A DNA stretch of 64,000 nt from Promethearchaeota archaeon (lineage in GTDB: Archaea > Asgardarchaeota > Lokiarchaeia > Sigyniarchaeales > SOKP01). The notes under the pieces are model-generated. The model saw only the letters and a program-made list of their open reading frames with translations, searched no databases and was not told the DNA's origin. Position numbers and translations under genes: made by a program. Shown here piece after piece: positions 1 through 9,759 of the stretch (positions within the stretch are counted from its first letter, which is position 1; the number at the start of each line of letters is the position of its first letter). Location: positions 72,620 through 136,619 of the forward strand of contig JAEOSU010000070.1 of assembly GCA_016840165.1 (NCBI GenBank). Reading direction: 5' to 3'.

Positions 1-50
1 ACTTTCTTTACGTGTGCCAAAATGCTGATATAAAGCAAAAACATGATAAC

Positions 51-150
51 GGGGCTGTGGATTAGTCGAAGATCGTTCGCTTGGCATGCGAAAGTTAGGG
101 CACTTTTACCTAACCGTAAAAGGCCGGGGGTTCAATTCCCCCCAGCTCCA
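51..150 (+). tRNA. tRNA-Ala(GGC) with 28-nt non-canonical intron (93-120, tRNA position 43/44)
   Basis: Acceptor stem GGGGCTG/CAGCTCC with G3:U70 Ala identity pair; anticodon arm TTCGC-TTGGCAT-GCGAA; T arm GGGGG-TTCAATT-CCCCC; removing 93-120 restores variable loop AGGCC; BHB motif at both junctions. Confidence 0.9.
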
Positions 151-383
151 CTCTATCTTTTTGTTAATTCATCAAAAAGAGTATTTTTAAGGTCTTTAGC
201 GCTTAAAATTTTAGAAAATCCTCTAATTTTAATAAAAGCAATTAATTATATACAAAACCATAGAATAAAAAAAAGTAACTCTCCTAAATCAAGTAAAATT
301 GGTTGTTTTTAAACTCTTTAAGATTTAATTAATTGCATTTCACGATTAATAAAGATTTAAGCCTCGACTTAATTTTTATTCTT

Positions 384-956
384 ATGAAGAGAAATAGGCA
401 ATTTCTGAAAATAATAATTGTCATTTTTCTCTCAGTTCTTTATGTGCTTGCGATTATCTTCTCATGGAACTATTATCCTTCATTGAAGTTATGGAGATCG
501 ATAGATTGGGTACTATTAAATGGGTTTTTGGAGATTAGCCTCTTTAGAATAATTCATTTGATCATCGGGCTACCGATTTTCATCTATAGTTTTATAAATG
601 TTATTGAAATCGTAATTATTAATCAAAAGGCTCAATTAAGAAAAAATTTCCCTAGCTATCTTTTAAAAGAGGGTTTTTATAGTAAAATAAGGCATCCTAT
701 GTATACTATGATAATATTGATTCAATTCAGTTTGTTCTTTTCTTTATGTTCTTTATTAGGAATATTTTTTGGATTATTATTTACATTATTATTCATGTTA
801 TTCGGGTTATACGAAGAGAAATATCAACTTTTGCCAATACTGGGTAAGGAATATAAAGAATATTCAAAAAAAGTAAAAGTAAGATTTTTTCCTTTCCCTC
901 TAAAGATACTTTTACTTCTTTTATATTTATTAATATTTCTCGGTATTTTTTTGTAA
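384..956 (+). CDS. Isoprenylcysteine carboxylmethyltransferase/PEMT family membrane methyltransferase
   Basis: Hydrophobic protein with GFYSKIRHPMY motif and EE..L....G.EY..Y...V..F; ATG at 384 preferred over TTG at 333. Confidence 0.8.
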   Translation: MKRNRQFLKIIIVIFLSVLYVLAIIFSWNYYPSLKLWRSIDWVLLNGFLEISLFRIIHLIIGLPIFIYSFINVIEIVIINQKAQLRKNFPSYLLKEGFYSKIRHPMYTMIILIQFSLFFSLCSLLGIFFGLLFTLLFMLFGLYEEKYQLLPILGKEYKEYSKKVKVRFFPFPLKILLLLLYLLIFLGIFL

Positions 957-1067
957 AAGGAAATTAGTATTTTGGTTGCAATTTCATATGATTATTCAAA
1001 AAAAAACATATTAAAAGCTTTTTTTAAGTCCCAAGTGCTATTTAATATTAAATATAGATTAAGGTAA

Positions 1068-3344
1068 TTGCACATTAGACGCTTTAAACTTACTAAAATT
1101 AGAATAAAGGATTTCACACCGATTATTTTAGTAATGCTATTGCTTTTTGTATCAATAGCATGTGCAAATATGCTTATTCCCAGTTATGCTTCAGTCCAGT
1201 TGGAATTTCTTGTCCCAGAAGCATTATTAGCGATCCCAGATGCTTTTTTTGTATTAGTTAGTGCGTTTTTTGCATTAATCTGGGGCTATTACACGGATCG
1301 TGTTGATAGATCCAAATTAATTATGGCTGGAGCATTTTCATGGACGATTGGGATGCTACTAACCGCTTTTTCTATAAATTATGAAATGCTCATCATTTCA
1401 AGGATGCTTTCAGGGGCAGGACTTGGTTGTGTCTTACCAGTTGGATATTCAATTATCTCCGATTCTATTCCTCCTGATGAACGATCAGGATGGTTTGGTA
1501 CGCTAGCGATCCTTAGTTCTGTTTCAAATGGTATCGGACAAGCGTTATCATCCTTTTTAGGACCAATATTGACTTGGCGCTTCCCCTTTTTTTTACTTTC
1601 AGTAATAAGTATTGTAATTGTTTTTATCCTATTTTTTGTTAAAATACCACAGCGAGGTGCGAGAGAAGAGGAATTGATAGAATTAGCCCAAATGGATTTA
1701 GAATATCAATACACGATTTCAAAAAAAGATTTATCAAGTATCGTTAAAAAAAAAACTAATAGGTACTTAATAATTCAAAGCTTCTTTTCGATTATTCCTG
1801 GTACTATTACTATATTTTTTCTTACTTCAATGCTAAATATTTATTACTTTAATGAATTGCCAATAGAAATACGATTACAAACAGCAACGATCTTCGCAGG
1901 TTTATTAGGAGTCGGCTATATATTGGGAAATTCAATTCTCTCCTATCTCGGAGATATTTTATACAGAAAAAATAAAAAAAATCGCACAAGATTAGCCGCA
2001 ATATGCTTAATACTCTCTGTACCTTTTTATGTTATAACTCTATTATTAATCAGTCCTATACAAATAGCCAATTTAGATATTTCCTATCCCACAGGACCAA
2101 TAGAAACCTCGGAAATAGCTAGATATATGTTTCTAACGATTGGAGAAATTTTTTCTAAATATCCAAATTATATTTACTATTTAATTTTTGGTTTGATTGG
2201 TACAATCTTTAGTGCAGGACCTGTAGCAAATAGAAATGCAGTGATGATCGATATAAATTTACCAGAGCATAGAGGCACCTCTGTCTCATTTTTGAACTTA
2301 TCAGAGCAGGTAGGTAAAGGATTAACCCTCTTAATCTCCTATTTTTTAATTACTTTTCTAGGAAGTATTTTTCAGATGATGCTCTTTTCTACTTTATTCT
2401 GGATTCCAGCAATCGTTATGTGGATCCTCGCTACACGAACAGTTGGAAAAGATTTAAATGTTAAATCCATGATTTTATCTGAAAGAAAGCAAATTAGTTT
2501 ATTAGATTACATTTTCGAATTAGAAATCCAAATGGACAGAGGAATTCAAAAAATACACGATGCACGATATTATATTTTTTCTGACTCTAAGAAATTTGAT
2601 GCTTTATTATCGGATGCAATCAAAATTTTCAATTACTGCGAAAGAGAAGGAGAAAATCGAAGTATTACGAACATTGGAGAAAAATGTCGAAAATTGAATG
2701 TAAGAGCTAAATCCATTAAACAGATGGCGAATCAGATATTTAAAATATTGAAAAATGAGGACTTATCGGCAAAGGAAAGAGACATTTTAAGTGAGGATTT
2801 GCGACAAATTGATTTAATGATTGCGGAAGGGAAAAAAAGTACTTTTGGAGAGCTTCAAATCTATTATGAAGATGCTTATCTAAAGATTATTGAAGCACGG
2901 CTCCTACGGAAAAATGATTTATTAAAATGTATGTCAAAAATTATTGATGCAATTAAAATTTATGAGAGAGTTAAAAATCTTTTAAATGAGAGGTTAGAAG
3001 TAATAAATGATACTTCTGACTTACCTCAAGAAGATTTAGTGGCATATGAAAAAGAGAAAAAGCTATATCATAAGGCTTCAGAATCATTGAAGGCAACAAT
3101 CAAATTAAAAGAAGAATTTAAGGGAATTTTTAAAAAACTTGAAGAAAAAGGCATTATGAAAGCAGATTTAATGAAAATCTCAGAATTAACCAATGAATAT
3201 GATGTAAATCTGTCAGATATCATATTAGAAACATTTGGACAGGATAAAGAAACAAAAAACGCGATTCTTAAAATAATAAAAGAGATAGATATCGTTTTTA
3301 ATAAATATGATGATTGGAAAGAAGTAGAGTTAAATGTTTTTTAA
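1068..3344 (+). CDS. MFS transporter fused to ~290-aa soluble alpha-helical C-terminal domain
   Basis: MFS motif A (WGYYTDRVDRSK), about 12 TM segments to ~aa 460, then charged helical region. Confidence 0.8.
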   Translation: MHIRRFKLTKIRIKDFTPIILVMLLLFVSIACANMLIPSYASVQLEFLVPEALLAIPDAFFVLVSAFFALIWGYYTDRVDRSKLIMAGAFSWTIGMLLTAFSINYEMLIISRMLSGAGLGCVLPVGYSIISDSIPPDERSGWFGTLAILSSVSNGIGQALSSFLGPILTWRFPFFLLSVISIVIVFILFFVKIPQRGAREEELIELAQMDLEYQYTISKKDLSSIVKKKTNRYLIIQSFFSIIPGTITIFFLTSMLNIYYFNELPIEIRLQTATIFAGLLGVGYILGNSILSYLGDILYRKNKKNRTRLAAICLILSVPFYVITLLLISPIQIANLDISYPTGPIETSEIARYMFLTIGEIFSKYPNYIYYLIFGLIGTIFSAGPVANRNAVMIDINLPEHRGTSVSFLNLSEQVGKGLTLLISYFLITFLGSIFQMMLFSTLFWIPAIVMWILATRTVGKDLNVKSMILSERKQISLLDYIFELEIQMDRGIQKIHDARYYIFSDSKKFDALLSDAIKIFNYCEREGENRSITNIGEKCRKLNVRAKSIKQMANQIFKILKNEDLSAKERDILSEDLRQIDLMIAEGKKSTFGELQIYYEDAYLKIIEARLLRKNDLLKCMSKIIDAIKIYERVKNLLNERLEVINDTSDLPQEDLVAYEKEKKLYHKASESLKATIKLKEEFKGIFKKLEEKGIMKADLMKISELTNEYDVNLSDIILETFGQDKETKNAILKIIKEIDIVFNKYDDWKEVELNVF

Positions 3345-3351
3345 TTACATA

Positions 3352-3648
3352 TTAATTGTTCATTAATTCAGAGGACAAAATCTGTTTGAAAGTATGTTTT
3401 TCTCCTTGAGATAATTCTTCTACAGCTTTCCCTTTATTATTATAGTGATCTGCATTATCATGATTGTCAAATAAGTTAATCAATACGATGAGACAATTAC
3501 GTAATTCTAAACTATTACTATTTCCGTTAAATTTTGACATTATCTTTATTAATAGATTGCTCAACCATAATCTGTTTAAATCTGACTGAACTAGACCTTC
3601 TTTTTCTTTTTTCTCATAGAATTCTAAAACTCTGGCTAAACAATCCAT
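3352..3648 (-). CDS. Hypothetical protein (~98 aa)
   Basis: ORF; ATG 3648 follows an AGGT SD-like sequence (track start GTG 3708 less likely). Confidence 0.6.
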   Translation of the reverse strand: MDCLARVLEFYEKKEKEGLVQSDLNRLWLSNLLIKIMSKFNGNSNSLELRNCLIVLINLFDNHDNADHYNNKGKAVEELSQGEKHTFKQILSSELMNN

Positions 3649-3901
3649 TATCTTCTTACCTAAAATCCAATTTAAAATCCAACAGTTAAATAAACTGTAA
3701 GATCCCACACATCAACCGAAATATATATTCTTCAGTAATACAGATGATAGTTTACCTTTAAAAATATTTTTGGTTGAAATTCACGAGATTTTAATGAAAT
3801 GTACAAATCTTTGGAAATTAATTAGAATAGATCAGATTATAGAAAATATTACTTCTTATTTTGAAACGTTAGAGAGTAAATTGTAACAAATATAAGTAGA
3901 T

Positions 3902-4456
3902 TTATAATTCAACTTCAATACTTTCAACAAAATTGTCAATAGATTGCTCCAAATCAATCAAATCTTCGACTTCTCTTATATCTGAGCTAGCGAGCTTTTT
4001 TAAAAACTCCTTTAATAGTTTTTCTTTATGCTTGTCATGTGGAAAGATGAGACTACTTTTATAGTGCTCCCAATCAAGGATAGAAGTAAAGACTAAAAAT
4101 AATTTTTCAATATGGCTATAATCAATCAAACTGTGCAGTTTTTCTCTTGTGATAAGGGTCTGAGTCTGATCCTTATAAAATCCAGATAAATCATTATAAT
4201 AATTTGTGAGACGAGCAATATTATCTAATTGAGCTCTTAAAGCTGCCTGATTAATAGGACTTTCTTCATCTTTATACATAATTTCAAAATATTGATTAAT
4301 GAAATCTTTTAGCTTTTGGAGCTTCTGTTGGAACACGCGCGTCTTTACGATGCGCTCAAACATAGGCGAAGCTTTATCTTTGTAAAACCTTAATTCGAAC
4401 TTAACGATAGCGAGAATGTCCAAGAAGAGTTCGCGTATATCTATGTTCTGGTCCAT
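3902..4456 (-). CDS. Hypothetical helical protein
   Basis: 184-aa ORF, ATG preceded by GGTGA SD. Confidence 0.7.
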   Translation of the reverse strand: MDQNIDIRELFLDILAIVKFELRFYKDKASPMFERIVKTRVFQQKLQKLKDFINQYFEIMYKDEESPINQAALRAQLDNIARLTNYYNDLSGFYKDQTQTLITREKLHSLIDYSHIEKLFLVFTSILDWEHYKSSLIFPHDKHKEKLLKEFLKKLASSDIREVEDLIDLEQSIDNFVESIEVEL

Positions 4457-4527
4457 TTAATCACCATTTCGGTTAATCTCCTTAAAGTTTAGAATAATTC
4501 AACCCATATTTTCGGGGTTCACAAAAA

Positions 4528-4545
4528 TAATTGCAATTGCAATTA
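4528..4545. promoter_or_regulatory. Perfect 18-bp palindrome TAATTGCAATTGCAATTA, possible operator
   Basis: Exact dyad symmetry about 70 bp upstream of the 3902-4456 gene. Confidence 0.3.
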
Positions 4546-4636
4546 CAATTTAAAAAGAATTTTACAATATTTATATTTTTATGTGTTTCTAGAGCACAAG
4601 AGATTATTTATTTAACAGATTTTTAAAACTTAATCA

Positions 4637-5614
4637 TTAAAATTGTAGAGGAAATGAATGACTTGGATCAGTTTGATATCGTGGTTTTGATGGAATTTGA
4701 ATTTTTTTCACTGCCTTTCGGAATTTAATTGCTTTGATATGTATTTTGAGTATTCTAATTGGACAACGTAAAATAAATCTTAAATTATTATAGGGTTCTT
4801 TTCTTAGTTTTAAGAAATCCTGATAAAATAAGTGTGCTTTTTGCTGTAATGAATATTTTTCAAAAGAAATAAATCGTTCAATAATTTTATCTAAATTCTC
4901 AGTGTCGCGGAAACAGTAATAATTTGATGATCTTAAAGACCATTTAATAGCCTCTAATTGAAATTTAATTGACTTTAACTTTTTAAACGGAAATAATAAT
5001 AATGAGAAAAAAGATATAAAAAGGTTCATTACCATGCTTTTAAACATTTCAAAAACAGAAACTCTAATCTTCTTTCTAATCAAATTTCTCAAATCACTAC
5101 CATATAAAACAGTACTATTAATAATAACATTACTGAGAACAATATTTCGGGGAGCAAATATTGCAGAAAACACTTTATTTACTTGAAAGATTTTATGAAA
5201 TGTAGCATTCTTCCAATACTTCTCTTTGGTTAAAAAATGGCTAATAAACATCCCAGTGGCATGTTGGATCGAGGAAATCAAATTCCTTATTACATTTTTA
5301 TTTCCAGACTCAAAATTATGCTTAATTTCAAGTGCTATAAAATATTTTTCAATTTCACGAATATGATGTGAAGAGACCCTATCCTTAAAGATAAATAAAA
5401 GATCGCAATCTGAAATAGAAGTATTTTCTCCTTTTGCTTTGTTTTGTTGGCTCCCAAATAATAAAATAGAAATGATTTTATTGACACCTATTTCTCTATT
5501 TACAAGAATAACAATATCTTTAACGTAATTTCTTGTTTTCTCATTAACCGCTTTTAGTTTATGAGAAATTTTCTCTTTTACATCTTGCGAATCTGTTTTT
5601 TGCAATTTAATCAA
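4637..5614 (-). CDS. Nucleotidyltransferase (Pol-beta superfamily) domain protein
   Basis: ILLFGS...SDCDLLFI motif (GS + DxD). Confidence 0.7.
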   Translation of the reverse strand: MIKLQKTDSQDVKEKISHKLKAVNEKTRNYVKDIVILVNREIGVNKIISILLFGSQQNKAKGENTSISDCDLLFIFKDRVSSHHIREIEKYFIALEIKHNFESGNKNVIRNLISSIQHATGMFISHFLTKEKYWKNATFHKIFQVNKVFSAIFAPRNIVLSNVIINSTVLYGSDLRNLIRKKIRVSVFEMFKSMVMNLFISFFSLLLFPFKKLKSIKFQLEAIKWSLRSSNYYCFRDTENLDKIIERFISFEKYSLQQKAHLFYQDFLKLRKEPYNNLRFILRCPIRILKIHIKAIKFRKAVKKIQIPSKPRYQTDPSHSFPLQF

Positions 5615-5679
5615 TAAATTACATTTTCCATATTTTAATATTTTGATAAAAAAAATGAAAAATTTAGAATTTGTATATA

Positions 5680-7692
5680 TTATTCATTATTGCCAATTTT
5701 ATATCCTCTACTTACTGCTTCCATAACGGTTTCTGGTTTTCGGGCATCTCCAATTTTTTCAATTTTGATATTCCCTAAATCTTTTATTTGATTAGCGAGT
5801 TCTTCATTTGGAATTACCCCTGTTGCATAGTATACATAATCTACTTCATTGATAATCTGATCACGTCCGTTTGCATCAGTGTAATTAACGTAGTCAATAC
5901 CAATCTCAGTCACATCAACATTTTTAAGTAAATTTATTCCTAAAGCGTCACACTTATCTAATAAGACCCATTTAGTAGTCTTTCCCAACGCTGAACCCAA
6001 TTTTGGCAACTTTTCTAAAACGGTTACCTTATTTCTCCCCTCATGAAGCATTCTTAAGGCTACATCCGGTTCTAACGCCTTATAAAAAGTTAGAAAATCA
6101 AATGCTTCGCGACTTAATGTACCAAATTTTGAGATATAGATAGCTAGCTCTATTCCTGTTGCTCCACCACCAATTATGACATTATTTTTTCCAATAGGAG
6201 CATCACCGCTAAATACATCATTTGCCCAGAATACATTATTATTTTCAATACCTTTAATTGGGGGTTTGATTGGTATAGACCCTGCTGCGTAAAAAATTGT
6301 ATCTGGATTAAATTCCTTAACTGTTTCAATGGTTACATTTGACTGCAAATGAGTATGGATTCCATATTTTTGTATCCAGTATGTGTAATTCTCAATCATT
6401 CTTTTAAATTCATTTCTACCTGGAGGGACCCATATAATATTTAAAAGACCACCAATTTTATCATCTTTTTCAAAAATATGGACTTCATGACCACGTATAG
6501 CAGCAATTCTTGCAGCTTCTAATCCTCCTGGCCCAGAACCTATTATCATTATCTTTTTCTTTTGTTTTAGGGGTTTTAACTCGGTTCTTGCCTCATTTCC
6601 CGCTCTGGCATTCCTTAAGCATGTTACTGGCATCATTCTAAATACATTGTCAAAACATCCTTGATTACAACCCACACAGTTCATAATATCTCTGAGTTCT
6701 CCCTTTTTTGCTTTCATAGGTAAGAATGGATCTGCGATCAATGCACGTCCCATACATATAGCATCAGCTTTTCCCGCCATCAAAACCTGCTCTGCTAACT
6801 CGGGATTATTAATCCTATTAGACGAGAAAATGGGAATCTTCACGTGTTTTTTGATGTTTTCTGCTAAATAAGTATAACATCCTTCTGGAACATCCATAGT
6901 TAGTTGAGGCGTTTTAGTTTCATGCCATCCTCCAGTAACATTGAAATAATCGAGATTTTTGCTTAATTCCTCTGCTATAATTGCTTTTTCTTTATATGTA
7001 TTGCTTCCTGGTACAAAATCATCACCAGAAATTCTATATCCGAGTATAAAATCATCGATATTAGTTCTAATTTGTTCAATAGTTTCAAGGGGGAACCTTA
7101 AACGATTTTCAAGTTCTCCACCATATTTATCCGTACGTTTATTGGTTTTTGGAGAAATAAATTGATCCAATAGATATCCCGCATTTGCGCAAATCTCAAC
7201 TGCATCAAATCCTGCTTTTTTAGCCCGTACCGCAGCATCAGCAAATGCTTGTTGTTCTCTTTTAATATCTTCAAGGTTCATTTCTCGAGGAGTAGTTTTA
7301 CTAAACTTGCTATATACTGCTGAGGGTGCAATTGGAGTTGTTCCAATTATTTGGGGAAATGCATAGGCACCACCATGATATAATTGGCAGCAGATTTTTA
7401 CATCATCTCGAGCAGCATGAACTTCATTCGTAAATTCAGTAAGTTTTGGTAAATATTTATCGTCATCGACTGCAATCATGGAAGGTAAACCTTTTCCATA
7501 TATATCAACATAGCATCCTCCAATAATCAAGAGTCCTGCTCCCCCCTTTGCTCTCTCAACATAAAAATCTATTAATTTCTTGTCGATAAAACCATTCTTT
7601 GCTAAGTTAAGGTGCATCGCGGGCATTACTATACGATTAGATGACTCTAAATGTTTTAATTTCAACGGTTTGAAAAGTTTATAAAATTTCAT
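5680..7692 (-). CDS. fadH: NADPH-dependent 2,4-dienoyl-CoA reductase (OYE-like FMN/FAD/4Fe-4S)
   Basis: NRIVMPAM, RTDKYGG, CVGCNQGCFD Fe-S motif, GSGPGG and GGGATG dinucleotide-binding motifs, LGKTTKW. Confidence 0.85.
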   Translation of the reverse strand: MKFYKLFKPLKLKHLESSNRIVMPAMHLNLAKNGFIDKKLIDFYVERAKGGAGLLIIGGCYVDIYGKGLPSMIAVDDDKYLPKLTEFTNEVHAARDDVKICCQLYHGGAYAFPQIIGTTPIAPSAVYSKFSKTTPREMNLEDIKREQQAFADAAVRAKKAGFDAVEICANAGYLLDQFISPKTNKRTDKYGGELENRLRFPLETIEQIRTNIDDFILGYRISGDDFVPGSNTYKEKAIIAEELSKNLDYFNVTGGWHETKTPQLTMDVPEGCYTYLAENIKKHVKIPIFSSNRINNPELAEQVLMAGKADAICMGRALIADPFLPMKAKKGELRDIMNCVGCNQGCFDNVFRMMPVTCLRNARAGNEARTELKPLKQKKKIMIIGSGPGGLEAARIAAIRGHEVHIFEKDDKIGGLLNIIWVPPGRNEFKRMIENYTYWIQKYGIHTHLQSNVTIETVKEFNPDTIFYAAGSIPIKPPIKGIENNNVFWANDVFSGDAPIGKNNVIIGGGATGIELAIYISKFGTLSREAFDFLTFYKALEPDVALRMLHEGRNKVTVLEKLPKLGSALGKTTKWVLLDKCDALGINLLKNVDVTEIGIDYVNYTDANGRDQIINEVDYVYYATGVIPNEELANQIKDLGNIKIEKIGDARKPETVMEAVSRGYKIGNNE

Positions 7693-7803
7693 TATACAAC
7701 TATCCCATTTTGTTAATATTGTAAAATATAATTAGGTAATAAAATTGATAGCAATATAAAATTTTAACTTTTAAAGAAATTAGTCAGATATGTCACACAA
7801 ATA

Positions 7804-8595
7804 TTATCGAAAGTATGAATCAGGACCGCGATCTTCTTGTAGATTTTTCATTAAATGATCAGTTTGTTTTTTATAGGAGTTGATAATTTTTTCCATTTCT
7901 TCAATCTGTTTATTTAATTCATCGAAGTTCATTTTAATGTTAAAATAATTTTTTAATATAGTGACCAAAGCTTTCGAAGCCCTTGGATCTAATGCCATCA
8001 TGGGAAGAGGGAGCGTTTCAGCTAATAGGCAAATGCCAGGAGCATGTCCTTTCTGTCCTGCCCATGCAGGTAGGATTCCATTTGCTCCAGCAATAACTCC
8101 ATTTTCCATTAATTTCGTATTTTTAAATTGTAAAAAGGATCTTACAAGTTCGGGATCTGTTCCACAAATATGTACCTTAGGTGTTGAATCTACTCGTTCA
8201 GAGATCATGGCTCCAGTACTTATATACATCTTTATTTTACCCCCTGTTATTTTATCCATCGCTTCACAAAATTTTTGAGAGAATTCAAAAACACCTTCAG
8301 AAGATTGGGGTTGATAATTTGCTGTCAATATAAAAAAATCATTATTATTTTTATCACTCTTTTTAACATAATATACATCTGCGGTTGGAACCTTCAACTC
8401 GCCTTTTTCTACATTTGATTTTGGAGGAAAATCAAAATATTCAATGGTCATATATTCTTTAGCATCTAATGAATCTCTTATTGACGTTGTTGCTAATTTA
8501 GCTACTAAAGCAATACCAGGCCACCCGATTAATACAATAGGATCGTTTATATCTTCCGGTTTTATTTCAAAATTGCAATTTATATTAAAATACAT
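7804..8595 (-). CDS. PAC2 family (proteasome assembly chaperone-like) protein
   Basis: GWPGIALVAKLA, GVIAGANGIL, CLLAET...DPRAS motifs. Confidence 0.85.
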   Translation of the reverse strand: MYFNINCNFEIKPEDINDPIVLIGWPGIALVAKLATTSIRDSLDAKEYMTIEYFDFPPKSNVEKGELKVPTADVYYVKKSDKNNNDFFILTANYQPQSSEGVFEFSQKFCEAMDKITGGKIKMYISTGAMISERVDSTPKVHICGTDPELVRSFLQFKNTKLMENGVIAGANGILPAWAGQKGHAPGICLLAETLPLPMMALDPRASKALVTILKNYFNIKMNFDELNKQIEEMEKIINSYKKQTDHLMKNLQEDRGPDSYFR

Positions 8596-8615
8596 AAAAT
8601 ACCCTTAAAGATTAT

Positions 8616-9626
8616 TCATGATTCAAAATCCAACGATTCACCACAGTTTGCACAAAATTTCAATTTAGCTGGCATATGAAATCCGCAAAAAGGACAATAG
8701 AAACCTTCTTCATCTTGTGAAGCTTGAGCATAGCGTTGCTGCATAACATAGCTTCCTTTTTGAAAACTATATCCTAATTGTTTTCTTGCTTTTATTGATG
8801 TATAGAATGAAGTCAATATACATATAAATAATGGTGAGAAAATCAAGCTTATCATTTGATAATAGATTAAATCATCTAATATTATCATGAGGTAATTTCT
8901 TGTGCTTGGATTGTACCAAGAAACGTAAGTTGTTGAATTAAAATTCCATACAAAAGTAATAAGATATTGGTAAATGAAATTAATGAAACCTATCATGATA
9001 GAAACCAATAGGAAGAGCCCAATTATTTTCATGAAATTTCCACGAGATAAGTTGCGGGCTTCTTTTAAGGGTGATTCAATAGATTTTTCACGATAAGTAA
9101 AAAAGAGAAATATATAAAAACCTAATAGTATAATGCTTGGAATGAAAAGAAGTAAAGTTCCTAAAGGTACAAAAATACCAAAAATTAGGAGGATAATCAG
9201 TAAATTTTTATTAAAACTACCTTTAAATTCCTCCTTAAAATTGCCATTAGTCTGGGTATATTCTCTATAAAGAGGTACTCCCACTGTACTCATTGCTAAT
9301 GCCGTAAAAAACGCTCCAGAGATGCTCGTTATTAAACTTATAAGATATGTTATCACTAAATATTCAAGTAATATATTCATATCTGCGTCGGTAATAAGTG
9401 TTGGATCCTTTTGATAAATTGCCTCGACAGTTGGAGTCATTTGATAATATTGCCAATTTAAATCAATAACTAATAAATTTGTAATTATAATTGAAATTAG
9501 CGTAAAGAGCAAGAAAGGAAGGATTATTTTAAACCAATTTTTAGCAAAAAGTCTGAGTCCGTCCAATATGACTTGGCTGACCCTCATGTTTGCATATCTT
9601 TGTAGTTTTTGATTATCTTCCGACAT
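8616..9626 (-). CDS. Membrane protein with C-terminal zinc ribbon
   Basis: About 5-6 TM helices; CPFCG...FCANCG. Confidence 0.75.
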   Translation of the reverse strand: MSEDNQKLQRYANMRVSQVILDGLRLFAKNWFKIILPFLLFTLISIIITNLLVIDLNWQYYQMTPTVEAIYQKDPTLITDADMNILLEYLVITYLISLITSISGAFFTALAMSTVGVPLYREYTQTNGNFKEEFKGSFNKNLLIILLIFGIFVPLGTLLLFIPSIILLGFYIFLFFTYREKSIESPLKEARNLSRGNFMKIIGLFLLVSIMIGFINFIYQYLITFVWNFNSTTYVSWYNPSTRNYLMIILDDLIYYQMISLIFSPLFICILTSFYTSIKARKQLGYSFQKGSYVMQQRYAQASQDEEGFYCPFCGFHMPAKLKFCANCGESLDFES

Positions 9627-9759
9627 AATTCGTAATATTTTTGAAATTATTTATAATTTTTCAATAAAAAACATAATTAAACAAATTCTTCATATCAATA
9701 TATGAGGTTTTAATCGAAAAAGATAAATTTAGCAAAAAAATATTATATAATCAGTAGTA

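Noticed and set aside
43-312. 89-aa ORF in the track
   Set aside because: Overlaps the tRNA-Ala gene; spurious.
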